From contig JBGUGD010000036.1 in NCBI GenBank assembly GCA_041697335.1, forward strand, positions 1-26,225: a stretch of 26,225 bases of DNA, in the 5' to 3' direction. The position numbers and the translations under genes are program-made. Under the pieces are notes generated by a model that saw only the letters and a list, made by a program, of their open reading frames with translations, was not told the origin of the DNA and did not search any database. This document shows positions 1-10,567 of the stretch, in pieces; the stretch's first letter is position 1, and the number at the start of each line of letters is the position of its first letter. This DNA is from Vampirovibrionaceae bacterium NZW_1234 (GTDB lineage Bacteria; Cyanobacteriota; Vampirovibrionia; Vampirovibrionales; JAGQHJ01).

Positions 1-1329
1 TTGTATCCCCAGTTCCAAGCCCTTCGCAAGAAGCGATTGTCCTGTGAAGAACTAGCACTCCTGTATCGGCATTTGGAGGAAAAGGCCTTTCCCCACTGGG
101 CCATTTGTCAGATCAACAATCTGCAGTTAATCCTGTGCCAAGGGTTTCTTAAGCGCTGCCTGACCCGATGGTGTCAGGATCCCGATGGGACCCTTCAGAA
201 CGAGGTTCTCTATGGTGGGTGTGTTCCCGATCCGGAGAATAACCTGATTAGTGCGATGGAGGCACTGGCAACCATACTCATTGCTTCTCCAAGCGAGCAA
301 ACCCTTTTCAGCACCGATAGCCTGGAGGCCATTGAAGCCTTTATTGCGGAGCATCCCGAGCGTCAACACCACTACGAAACCTTTTTGACACGATTTGGCA
401 ATCAATGTCTCGGCGACTCCAAACTGGAAAACCAAATGATACTGGTCGACCCCTTGCCGGTTTTTCGCACCTTAAGCTCCCTGGCCACCCAGACCAGCCA
501 CCGCCAGGCCACGGAGCAAAAAGACGCCCATGCCGATCAGATCCGCCAACAGGCGTTGGCACGTATCCATACACACCTCAGGCACAAACCCTTGCACCGG
601 TGGCTCATTCACTGGCTGATTCGCCACGCGCGTCAACGTCAATTGGAACGGCAACGCATCCACGATCGCTTCTGCCAGCTTTTTGGCATCCTCCGGGAAC
701 TCATGCTGAATTTAGGCGTTGAATTAACCCGAAACCAACTCCTGGCGCAGGCCCAGGATATCTATTACCTCTCCATCGAGGAGATCCTGGGCTACATCAC
801 CGGGACAGGCAGCGATATCAACCTTCATGACCTGGTATTACTCCGACAGGACCAATTCGAAAGCCACCGCACCGCCCCCATGCCCAACGGTCAATTTGAA
901 ACCCGAGGCATTGTAGCCCTCAGCACGCCGTGGTCCGCCGAGAGTGATGAGACAGCAGCCAGTCTATCCGATCAGGAGCGCAAGGGAACAGGCTGTAGCC
1001 CGGGTCTGGTCCGTGGCCGCGTACGCTTTGTTCATGGGGGAAGATCACCGGAAGACACATTACCCGAACCCGGCGACATCCTTCTGGCCGAGTTCAGTGA
1101 TCCCAGCCTGATGCCGTTGTATGCCAACGCTGCCGGGCTTATCTTCGAGCGAGGCAGTATGCTGTCGCATGCGGCTATTGTCTCCCGGGAGCTGGGTATC
1201 CCCACCGTCATGGCCGTTGCCGGTGTCACAAAATGGTTGAAAGATGGCGATTGGGTGGAATTGGATGGACGTACCGGCATCATCCGAAAACTTGAAGCCG
1301 CCGAGATGCCTTCTTCAACTGCTGTTTAG
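1..1329 (+). CDS. PEP-utilising enzyme (PEP synthase/rifampicin phosphotransferase-like), C-terminal part with phospho-His swivel domain; 5' end probably outside window
   Basis: C-terminal GTGCSPGLVRGRV...GDIL...LIFERGSMLSHAAIVSRELGIPTV...LKDGDWVELDGRTG matches the PEP-utilizers mobile domain with its catalytic His; the frame is open from base 1. Confidence 0.8.
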   Translation: MYPQFQALRKKRLSCEELALLYRHLEEKAFPHWAICQINNLQLILCQGFLKRCLTRWCQDPDGTLQNEVLYGGCVPDPENNLISAMEALATILIASPSEQTLFSTDSLEAIEAFIAEHPERQHHYETFLTRFGNQCLGDSKLENQMILVDPLPVFRTLSSLATQTSHRQATEQKDAHADQIRQQALARIHTHLRHKPLHRWLIHWLIRHARQRQLERQRIHDRFCQLFGILRELMLNLGVELTRNQLLAQAQDIYYLSIEEILGYITGTGSDINLHDLVLLRQDQFESHRTAPMPNGQFETRGIVALSTPWSAESDETAASLSDQERKGTGCSPGLVRGRVRFVHGGRSPEDTLPEPGDILLAEFSDPSLMPLYANAAGLIFERGSMLSHAAIVSRELGIPTVMAVAGVTKWLKDGDWVELDGRTGIIRKLEAAEMPSSTAV

Positions 1330-2873
1330 GCCCGGGTATAGCGATGCTTCACGCCAACGGGAAAATACTCGGGATCCCCATGGGGCAGTAACGTCACCCG
1401 AGGCCGTTGGTATTCGGTGGGCACGTAGTGGGCAAATTCACTGTTCAAGCGTTTCACATGCGTCAAAATGGACTCGGCAATCTGATCGGCCTTGGCCTCA
1501 TCAGCCAAAACCCCGGGAATCAGCTCGACAACAATGGACAGCACCCGGTTCTTGTCGGCATCCTCCAGGGCCTGCATTACGAACTTACCCGTTACCCAGT
1601 CCTTGACTGGCGGTTGTTCCAAGCCCACGGTCACGTTCTCCGGATAAATATTGGCGCCGAAGTAGGAAATGGTAAAGTTCGACCGGCCAAAGACATACAC
1701 AAAGGGCAGCGGCCAATCCCCTCGAACCGAGCCCCGATCAGCAGAAGCCTGCTTCAGGGCGGCTTTGGGATCAAAGCCGTGATCGGCCAGAAAAGCCAGC
1801 ATCCGGTCATAGGGGACAATCCCGCCGGTGTCGGCAATGTGATAGCGAATCAGTGGAATGCCGTTGTTGCCGGAAAAAAGGAGCGTCCCCTCATGGGTCT
1901 CGAAATACCGGCTACTGGGGTCATACTGCACCAGCGTCGGCAGGCGGGACTCGCCAAACAGCTCCCGGGCCGCCAGGGGGTTCTGGGCAAAAAACTGACG
2001 GATGACAATGCTTAACGGGGTCTCATTGCCGAGCACCCCAGCATCGGCGGTGCCATAAAGCGACGCCGAATTAAAATACAGATCTTTCATCCCGGTGCGC
2101 TCGCCCATCAGCTCTCGCCATTCTTCACTAAACACTTCCCCGGCCGTCACCAGCTTCAGCTTAAAGGGCGACCAATCGATGCCTTGGGCCATGCCGCTAT
2201 CAATCACATCTTTTAAAAAGGGCGGATAGCCCAGCAAAACCACCTGCTCAAATTCGGGCCCCAGTTCAGTTACAATCCGGAAGATTTCGGCCTTGTTGTT
2301 CCCCGGGGTCACCACCATCAGCGGGTAGCCTTTGGCCGCCAAATACCGACAACAGCTGGCCGTATACATCCCTCCCACCCAACTGCCCAGAGCAAAGCAG
2401 ACCACAGCCAGGGTGGTTCTCTCATCGGCCCGAAAACTGTCATGAAACACCTGCTCAAAGCGAGTGGCAATCTCCAGCTCATCGGTCATAAAGCGAGGCC
2501 AAAAGGTCGGAACCCCGGTCGATCCCGAAGACACAGCCATCATATCGCACTGGGACAATTGCCCGTGACGACACCGGTCAGCCAACGGGTAGCGCTGCAT
2601 GTAGTTCGCCTTGGTCAGCAAGGGCAGGGTTTGAAAGTCGGCAGGGGTGTTTATCCGGGACGGATCGATCTGATGATCCCGTAAAAACTGCTGATAGGCA
2701 GGCACGGTCTCTGCCACCGAACGAAAGAGATCGAGCGCCACGGTCTCAGGCGAGTGAGAGCCCGAGCCAGCAAGCCGAACGGACAAGGGTGTGGTTAAAA
2801 AAGCATTGAGGGTCTCAACCGCATGGAGATGGGGGGACACCCCGACATCCCGCGAGTTTACCGGCTGGGGCAT
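1326..2873 (-). CDS. Phenylacetate-CoA ligase (PaaK/CapK)-like adenylate-forming protein
   Basis: VPAY..FL, LPLLTK, SSGSTGVP AMP-binding loop, GYPPFL, AGEVFS, YGTAD, PLIRYHIADTG and GRS..GANIYP motifs. Confidence 0.8.
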   Translation of the reverse strand: MPQPVNSRDVGVSPHLHAVETLNAFLTTPLSVRLAGSGSHSPETVALDLFRSVAETVPAYQQFLRDHQIDPSRINTPADFQTLPLLTKANYMQRYPLADRCRHGQLSQCDMMAVSSGSTGVPTFWPRFMTDELEIATRFEQVFHDSFRADERTTLAVVCFALGSWVGGMYTASCCRYLAAKGYPLMVVTPGNNKAEIFRIVTELGPEFEQVVLLGYPPFLKDVIDSGMAQGIDWSPFKLKLVTAGEVFSEEWRELMGERTGMKDLYFNSASLYGTADAGVLGNETPLSIVIRQFFAQNPLAARELFGESRLPTLVQYDPSSRYFETHEGTLLFSGNNGIPLIRYHIADTGGIVPYDRMLAFLADHGFDPKAALKQASADRGSVRGDWPLPFVYVFGRSNFTISYFGANIYPENVTVGLEQPPVKDWVTGKFVMQALEDADKNRVLSIVVELIPGVLADEAKADQIAESILTHVKRLNSEFAHYVPTEYQRPRVTLLPHGDPEYFPVGVKHRYTRA

Positions 2874-2894
2874 AGCTTCGCGTGCTCCTCTCTC

Positions 2895-3770
2895 TTAAAA
2901 CGATGACGGATTCAAAACCGACGACGGGTCGTCCTCACTGGGGGACGGACCAGAGTGTGCCCCCAGGGGCTTCATACAGCGATAAATATCTTCCACAGCC
3001 AAGGCGTAGCGAGCCACCTGTTCTGGGGGCAACTGATGGGCAAAGGGGTCCACCTGGACCTCGAACCCGGCTTCAGCCAATCGCCGGGCATAGTCCCGAC
3101 CGTAAAGGCGCACATGGTCATCCTGGCCGAATAAGCGTTCTCGCTCCTGGGGCGAAGTCACTGTCGGATCTTCAAAGGTCTCGCCTAACGATTCATCCAG
3201 AGGCACTTGCAAAATAGCCCAGCCACCCGGCTTTAAGACCCGCAGAATTTCACGCATGGCTTGACCATCATCGCTCACGTGCTCCAGCACGTGGTTGCAC
3301 AGCACCACATCAAACGTGTTGTCAGGAAAGGTCATGGCCATCAGGTCCATTTTCATCATGGCCCGGGGCGAATCCAGATCAATGGTCACGTAGTCCAGAT
3401 TTTCCATAGTGCGAAAGCGGTTGTAATACACCGTTTCCGGGGCGACATGGAGCACTTTCAGCGGTTGCTCAAACAAAGAGGTTTTCTGCTGGAAATACAA
3501 CCATAGGGTACGATGCCGTTCCAGACAAAGGCAGTTTGGGCACTGGGCATTTTCCCGCTGAAGCCGTCCAAAGGAGAGAAAACGGGCATAGTGTTCACCG
3601 CAGCAAGGGCATGTCACTGAGTCCCCACGCAGCATCCAGCGCTGATACGCCCCAAGGGCCGAGCGACGGTAGGGCTTGGGAACCAGGTTTTTAATGACAA
3701 TTTCGCCAAATCGCATGGGGGAGCCCACTTTCTTTCTCAGCATCATAGCGGAGGCCCTCAACCAGGTCAA
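2895..3770 (-). CDS. Class I SAM-dependent methyltransferase with N-terminal Cys clusters (true start may be a downstream Met at 3743 or 3716)
   Basis: CPCCG and CPNCLCLERHR; VLHVAPE; FPDNTFDVVLCNHVLEHV; EILRVLKPGG. Confidence 0.8.
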   Translation of the reverse strand: MTWLRASAMMLRKKVGSPMRFGEIVIKNLVPKPYRRSALGAYQRWMLRGDSVTCPCCGEHYARFLSFGRLQRENAQCPNCLCLERHRTLWLYFQQKTSLFEQPLKVLHVAPETVYYNRFRTMENLDYVTIDLDSPRAMMKMDLMAMTFPDNTFDVVLCNHVLEHVSDDGQAMREILRVLKPGGWAILQVPLDESLGETFEDPTVTSPQERERLFGQDDHVRLYGRDYARRLAEAGFEVQVDPFAHQLPPEQVARYALAVEDIYRCMKPLGAHSGPSPSEDDPSSVLNPSSF

Positions 3771-3984
3771 CGGTATCTGCCAGTACTGCCAATGGTTCAG
3801 CCCCTTTTTACTCAGTGTTTATAGCATCGCAGCCGCATCCCAGCAAACTTTATTACATATTTTTAACATTTTAATGATTTAAATAACAAAAAATTAATAA
3901 TCCACGTTTTTATAAATCTACAGGACATTGGAAGAACCAATATCACGACTTTGGACTTAGGACAGGCAATGGGGGTATCAGAAC

Positions 3985-5067
3985 GTGACGACTTCTTCGA
4001 CTGGTTACAGCTACAGCTATTCGTATTCTTACAGTTATAGCTATTCTTATAGCGGCAGTGGTACGGTGCCTACTGTTCCGACGATGCCCACGGTTACTGG
4101 GGGTATTGGCGGCGGCGCCGGCATATCCGGCAGTATCGGTGGCGGTGCTGGTATTTCTGGCGGCATGATGCCCTTCCCAGGCATGAGTGGCAGTATTACC
4201 ATATCCGGCAGCATTGGCGGTGGCGCAGGCTTCTACGGTGGCGCTGGTGTCGGAGCCGGAATCTACGGTGGTGTTGGCGGCGGTGCTGGCCTCTATGGTG
4301 GCTTTGGCGGCGGCGCAGGCCTTTATGGTGGCGTTGGCGGCGGCACAGGCCTCTATGGCGGCGTTGGCGGCGGCGCAGGCCTCTATGGCGGCTTTGGCGG
4401 CGGTGCTGGCCTCTATGGCGGCTTTGGCGGCGGAGCCGGAATCTACGGTGGCTTTGGCACCGGCGGTGGGTTCGGAACCCCCGGCATGCCCATCGGCTTT
4501 GGGACCCCCGGCGTATACGGCGGGTTTGGGACCGGCGGCGGATTTGGAACACCGGGCATGCCCAGTGGCTTTGGCAGTGCGCCCATCATTATGATTAATC
4601 CCAACATCAACATCAATTTTAATCCCACGATCAACATCAACACGACACCGACAGCACCTGTGGCAACCCCACCGGCCGCTCCGGACACCAGTGAGAACCA
4701 GGCTATCCAGTGGATGCGAGCCTTGTTCCCCACCCTGGATCGAAACGCCAACGGTGTCTTAGAAGCCTCTGAACTGGAAGCTGCCCGGGAACTCTTCCGG
4801 GGCGTGAACCCCAACCTGGGTGAAGCAGTCAACCAGATGCTGAGCAATATGGATCAGTTGATGTTTGCCCAAGTGGACCCGGAAAACAAATCCTGGCACG
4901 GGCTCACCATGAACGATTTAAACGTCCTTTCTACTCGTACCGGTAGTGGGGAGCGCTTAAATCGCATCGCCCGCCAGCTCCAGGAGGCTATTTCGACAGA
5001 GCGTGGCATTGCCCCAGGCGGGTTTGCAGACCACGTTCGTGAAGAGCGGACTCGTCGTCCCCTCTAA
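3985..5067 (+). CDS. Low-complexity Gly/Tyr/Ser-repeat protein with C-terminal EF-hand-like domain
   Basis: (YS)8 tract, repeated GGGAG(L/I/F)YGG(V/F/A) decapeptides, Ile/Asn-alternating segment and EF-hand-like loop DRNANGVLEASE; synonymous codon variation between repeats supports coding in this frame; GTG start. Confidence 0.75.
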   Translation: MTTSSTGYSYSYSYSYSYSYSYSGSGTVPTVPTMPTVTGGIGGGAGISGSIGGGAGISGGMMPFPGMSGSITISGSIGGGAGFYGGAGVGAGIYGGVGGGAGLYGGFGGGAGLYGGVGGGTGLYGGVGGGAGLYGGFGGGAGLYGGFGGGAGIYGGFGTGGGFGTPGMPIGFGTPGVYGGFGTGGGFGTPGMPSGFGSAPIIMINPNININFNPTININTTPTAPVATPPAAPDTSENQAIQWMRALFPTLDRNANGVLEASELEAARELFRGVNPNLGEAVNQMLSNMDQLMFAQVDPENKSWHGLTMNDLNVLSTRTGSGERLNRIARQLQEAISTERGIAPGGFADHVREERTRRPL

Positions 5068-5192
5068 GCCACGGACTCTCTTCTCTCACACACCTACCTA
5101 CTTCCTACTTAAACATACAGCAGTCACACTGCTTCCAGCCCATCCCTGTTCTACAGGTGGTCTGGAAGGGAATCACACACCTACCTGATACA

Positions 5193-5228
5193 AGAAGCCC
5201 GGCTCCCTGAGGAACCGGGCTTCTCTTT
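5193..5228. terminator. Probable bidirectional intrinsic terminator between convergent genes
   Basis: AGAAGCCCGG...CCGGGCTTCT inverted repeat, A-rich before and T-rich after, lying between the stops at 5067 and 5257. Confidence 0.7.
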
Positions 5229-5256
5229 AATGGGTTGGCTCAGTGCCGGAGACGAC

Positions 5257-6921
<1,665 letters not shown>

Positions 6922-6951
6922 TCACTACAAATACTTGGATTTATCCGAAAC

Positions 6952-7263
6952 CTAGGACTCCAGGATGCCCAGGATGTCGCGTTCGGACAAGATTTTGTAC
7001 TCAGCATCGGCCAATTTCAGGTCGGTGCCGCCGTATTTCTGGAATAAGACTTTGTCGCCGACTTTGACGCTCATTTCTTCGCGTTTGCCGGATTCGAGCA
7101 TTTTGCCCGGGCCAACAGCAACAACAACGCCTTGTTGGGGCTTTTCACGAGCGGTGTCGGGGATATAAATCCCACCGGGGGTTTGCTCGTTGTCATTCAA
7201 AATTTCGATCACAACCTTGTCGCCTAACGGCTTAATGTTAGATTTGGTAGCAGTAGCAGGCAT
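6952..7263 (-). CDS. groS: Co-chaperonin GroES
   Basis: IKPLGDKV, TPGGIYIPDTAREKPQQG.VVAVGPG, VKVGDKVLF.KYGGT, ILSERDILG; AAGGAG RBS upstream. Confidence 0.99.
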   Translation of the reverse strand: MPATATKSNIKPLGDKVVIEILNDNEQTPGGIYIPDTAREKPQQGVVVAVGPGKMLESGKREEMSVKVGDKVLFQKYGGTDLKLADAEYKILSERDILGILES

Positions 7264-7658
7264 AATATTCTCCTTATGTCCTTATGTCTTGCTGTCATTA
7301 CTAACCGTAGAGAGGTGTACTAGTGGATTATATGTCTAAGAGCGATTGCAAAGTAAAGATGATTAATGAAACTTTAATGATTTAATAATATATCTTTTAT
7401 ATTAGCAAATTATTTACAAAAGACTGATTTTATTTGGATTTTTTTAAGAATCTCAGCCATAAACGCAGCAAATATCATCGTTTAGGCGTCCAGAAATGCC
7501 AAAATCCACTTTTTACAAGCCTCATGCCATTTCCATAGAGACTCCTCCAGATGAAGGAGCCTTGCGGACCAAAGTTCCAGTGAATAGGGGAGCAGCCTCA
7601 CGCCCCCCACGTGTAAAATTGGCTCATGGTGAAGTAATCTACCCTGCTGGACGACGCG

Positions 7659-8417
7659 ATGAGGAATCACAGCATCTATCCATTCAAAGCCTCACAAGGC
7701 GTGCTTTTGAAAAGCACGTGGATGGTGCTGCTGCCGATGGCATTGGTCTTGGGCCTCTGCGCCTGCGGCACGAGCACGTCCACTTCGGGCACTCCCATCC
7801 CTAGCCCAACAGTAGGAGCTTCCCCCAGCCTTATCAGTACTGAAAACATTCCGGTCCCAAAACTCCTGGGAACGGAAGAGCTCGAGGGCCTCACCCGCAC
7901 CAACCCCTTTACCCCCCTGCTGATTGATCCCAACAAACCCATCCTTCCGACAGGGGTCGAGCAACAACCGGCAACCCCGGTGGCCAGTGTCCGCAACCCT
8001 TTTGAAGGCTATAGCATCAGCGGCATCATCTTCACGGGAAAACGCCCGACCGCCATTTTAAGCCTGCCCGACAACAAAACCAAAATTGTTCACCAGGGTG
8101 ATACTTTGGCGCCCATGGAGAACTCGGGCAACACATTAAGTGTCACGGTCAGTAAAATCACCAAGGATTCCCTGACCCTGGCTGTAGTCGATCCTCCCGA
8201 GAATTTTCCGGAAGAAGCCAAAACCACCACACTCAGCCTGCCAACCCTTATTGGCTACAAAAGCAAATCCAAAGGCGGCACAGGTGGCTCCCGAGGTGAC
8301 GCCGGTTCCGATTTGGAGAATGCAGAAGCCCCGCCTCTGAGTGGGATTCCCCAGGAACTGCAAAATCTATTAAAAGAAGAATCCAAAGGCGCCATTGAGA
8401 CGCCGAGAGAACCATAG
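7659..8417 (+). CDS. Putative lipoprotein, PilP/GspC-like component of the pilus cluster
   Basis: Hydrophobic N-terminus with lipobox-like LCAC; RTNPFTPL and RNPF motifs followed by a beta-rich ISGIIF..AILSL..IVHQGD segment; lies directly before the secretin. Confidence 0.6.
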   Translation: MRNHSIYPFKASQGVLLKSTWMVLLPMALVLGLCACGTSTSTSGTPIPSPTVGASPSLISTENIPVPKLLGTEELEGLTRTNPFTPLLIDPNKPILPTGVEQQPATPVASVRNPFEGYSISGIIFTGKRPTAILSLPDNKTKIVHQGDTLAPMENSGNTLSVTVSKITKDSLTLAVVDPPENFPEEAKTTTLSLPTLIGYKSKSKGGTGGSRGDAGSDLENAEAPPLSGIPQELQNLLKEESKGAIETPREP

Positions 8418-8433
8418 GAGAGACGGTCATTTC

Positions 8434-10494
8434 ATGCTGAACCCATATTCGTATGCCCACAGCCCCATTGCCCGGGCCCTTAGAAAAACCCTGGCCAGCA
8501 CCTTGTTCGTGGCCGTTGTATTCTCGCAAAACCTGGTTTTTGCGGCACCCAACCCGGTGACGCAAAATTACGACAGCAAAGATACCATTCAAATCAAGGG
8601 CAGCATCAGCGTCGGTGCCAAGGGCCAGGACATCATCCCGTCCTTGTCCTTACGCGATGCGGAAATCAAGGATGTGTTGTACAGTCTCTCAGAACAAGGC
8701 GGTTTTAACCTGATTGTGGACGAAAGCGTCAAAGGGACCCTGAGTCTGGATCTCAAAAACATCTCCATCAACAAGCTCATCGAATACATCCTTACCTTGG
8801 CCAACCTGACCTACTATAAGGACGGCAACGCCTTTATCGTCAGCAGCACCCAACAGGCCAACGATCGGGCGTTGAACAAGCTGTATTTAAAGTCCATCCC
8901 TGTCAAATACAGCAGTGCCACGGACTTGACCAACGTCTTAAACAATACGATTTTCAGCGTCAATCGCCCCGGCGGAAATACCAGGGCCATTGCTACAGCT
9001 GACCCTCGGACCAATTCGATTCTGATTATGGGCAACGAGCAGGACTTTAACCTGGCCACCCGAGCCCTCGCCGAGCTGGATTTTCCCCTGCAACATAAGA
9101 CCTTCTTCCTCAGGCATGCAACCCCCAATGAAGTTGCCAATATCATAGCCCAAACCCTCTTTTCCGTTACGTTGAATAACGTCACCGGTGGGGGTGCCGG
9201 TGGTGGCAGCGCTGCCGGGAATGCTGCAGGTGGAGCTGGTGCAGCTGGGGCCGCCGCTGGCGGTGCGGCTGTTGCAGCGGCTGGAGGAGGAGCTGGTGCT
9301 GCGGCGGGTGCAGGTGCGGGTGCGGGTGCTGGTGCAGGTGCTGGTGGGGCTGGCGGAGGCGGCATACCTGCCGGATCCAATACAGGGATTCAGGTCTTAA
9401 AAGGCGGCCCGGTGACCTTTGTGGCCAACGGCCTAAACAACACCCTCACCCTGATTGGGACGGCCGAACAAATTTCCTTGGCCGAAGCGATGCTGTATGA
9501 CGTGGATGTCAAAGTCCCTCAGGTGGCCATTCAACTGTCTATTGTGCAGCTCACCGAAAGTAAAACCAAATCCGTGAGCCCTGGGATTAATAATCCCAGT
9601 GGCGCAGGTAGCCTGATAACGCCAAACGGCAACCTTGGCATGCTCTTTAACGGGGCTACCAGCCAGTTTTTCTGGGACCAAGGAGCCAGCGCCCGGGTGG
9701 GTTCCCTGGTTGAACAACTGAATTTCAGCACCACCTTCAGCACCACCAAAGCCAAGATTCTGGCCAACCCCACGATTGTGGCGGTCAGTGGGTCAGCTTC
9801 AAATATTAATGTCACCAACGAAGTCTTTAGCGGCACCAATACCACGGTCAATCCTGTAGGCGGCTTTATCCAGACCACCCCTATTTTCAAGCAGGTCGGG
9901 GTCCAGATGAACATCACCCCCATTGTGTCTGCCGACGGGATGATCAGCCTTCAGATTCAACCGACCATCTCGGCCCCTTCGGGGACGGCGGTGGATGCCA
10001 ACAACAACACCATCACCCTGACCTCCCAAAGCACACTGAACGTGGCTCAAGTCCGGATTCGAGATGGGGAAACCCTGATATTAGGAGGGCTCATTCAGGA
10101 GAACAACAGTAACACCCTGAACAAAGTACCCTTCCTGGGTGATATTCCTGTGGTTGGATCGCTGTTCCGACCGACCAACCAAACCAGCAATGGCCGTACC
10201 GAGCTGGTCATCCTGGTGACCCCGCATATCATTAAAGAGGAAGGGGTGCCTTATTTCCGCAACGAATGGAAGAACACCTTATCCTACAATCAGCATCACT
10301 CCAATGAGCCCACCCTGAACGCAACAGACACGGCAAAAAACATTATTCCGGCTGCAAACTCAGCCACCACCCCGGATTCCAAGGCCATTCAAACCCTGGA
10401 AAACCGGACCGGAACCCCTCCCAAATCCTCGTGGCTGTCTCCCAAACGGACCGGCAATAGCCCGTTAAATACCTACAGTGAGGTGCTGAAATAA
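8434..10494 (+). CDS. Secretin (PilQ/GspD family)
   Basis: Signal peptide; SLSLRDAEIKDVL N0 domain; ADPRTNSILI and NGLNNTLTLIG N-domains; DVKVPQVAI, KILANPTIV, VRIRDGETLILGGLI, KVPFLGDIPVVGSLF and TELVILVTPHII. ATG at 8434 after AGGAG is preferred over TTG at 8395. Confidence 0.92.
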   Translation: MLNPYSYAHSPIARALRKTLASTLFVAVVFSQNLVFAAPNPVTQNYDSKDTIQIKGSISVGAKGQDIIPSLSLRDAEIKDVLYSLSEQGGFNLIVDESVKGTLSLDLKNISINKLIEYILTLANLTYYKDGNAFIVSSTQQANDRALNKLYLKSIPVKYSSATDLTNVLNNTIFSVNRPGGNTRAIATADPRTNSILIMGNEQDFNLATRALAELDFPLQHKTFFLRHATPNEVANIIAQTLFSVTLNNVTGGGAGGGSAAGNAAGGAGAAGAAAGGAAVAAAGGGAGAAAGAGAGAGAGAGAGGAGGGGIPAGSNTGIQVLKGGPVTFVANGLNNTLTLIGTAEQISLAEAMLYDVDVKVPQVAIQLSIVQLTESKTKSVSPGINNPSGAGSLITPNGNLGMLFNGATSQFFWDQGASARVGSLVEQLNFSTTFSTTKAKILANPTIVAVSGSASNINVTNEVFSGTNTTVNPVGGFIQTTPIFKQVGVQMNITPIVSADGMISLQIQPTISAPSGTAVDANNNTITLTSQSTLNVAQVRIRDGETLILGGLIQENNSNTLNKVPFLGDIPVVGSLFRPTNQTSNGRTELVILVTPHIIKEEGVPYFRNEWKNTLSYNQHHSNEPTLNATDTAKNIIPAANSATTPDSKAIQTLENRTGTPPKSSWLSPKRTGNSPLNTYSEVLK

Positions 10495-10567
10495 AGTTCT
10501 TCCTGGATTGGACGATACATTCTGTGGCACTTGGAATGCTCTGCAGTCTCAATCATGAGGTCAGCCC

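Noticed and set aside
4187..4594. Ala-rich and Arg-rich repeat ORFs in alternative frames
   Set aside because: By-products of the 30-bp Gly-repeat coding sequence; synonymous variation favours the 3985 frame
7298..7323. CIRCE (HrcA) element upstream of groES
   Set aside because: The best candidate, CTAGTACAC-N8-GGTTAGTAA, has the wrong spacing and many mismatches to TTAGCACTC-N9-GAGTGCTAA
7482..7804. Short ORFs 7496-7804 (+) and 7482-7670 (-)
   Set aside because: They overlap the lipoprotein gene and its upstream region; no motif or clear RBS support
8814..9380. Pro/Ala-rich minus-strand ORF
   Set aside because: Antisense reading of the secretin Gly/Ala loop
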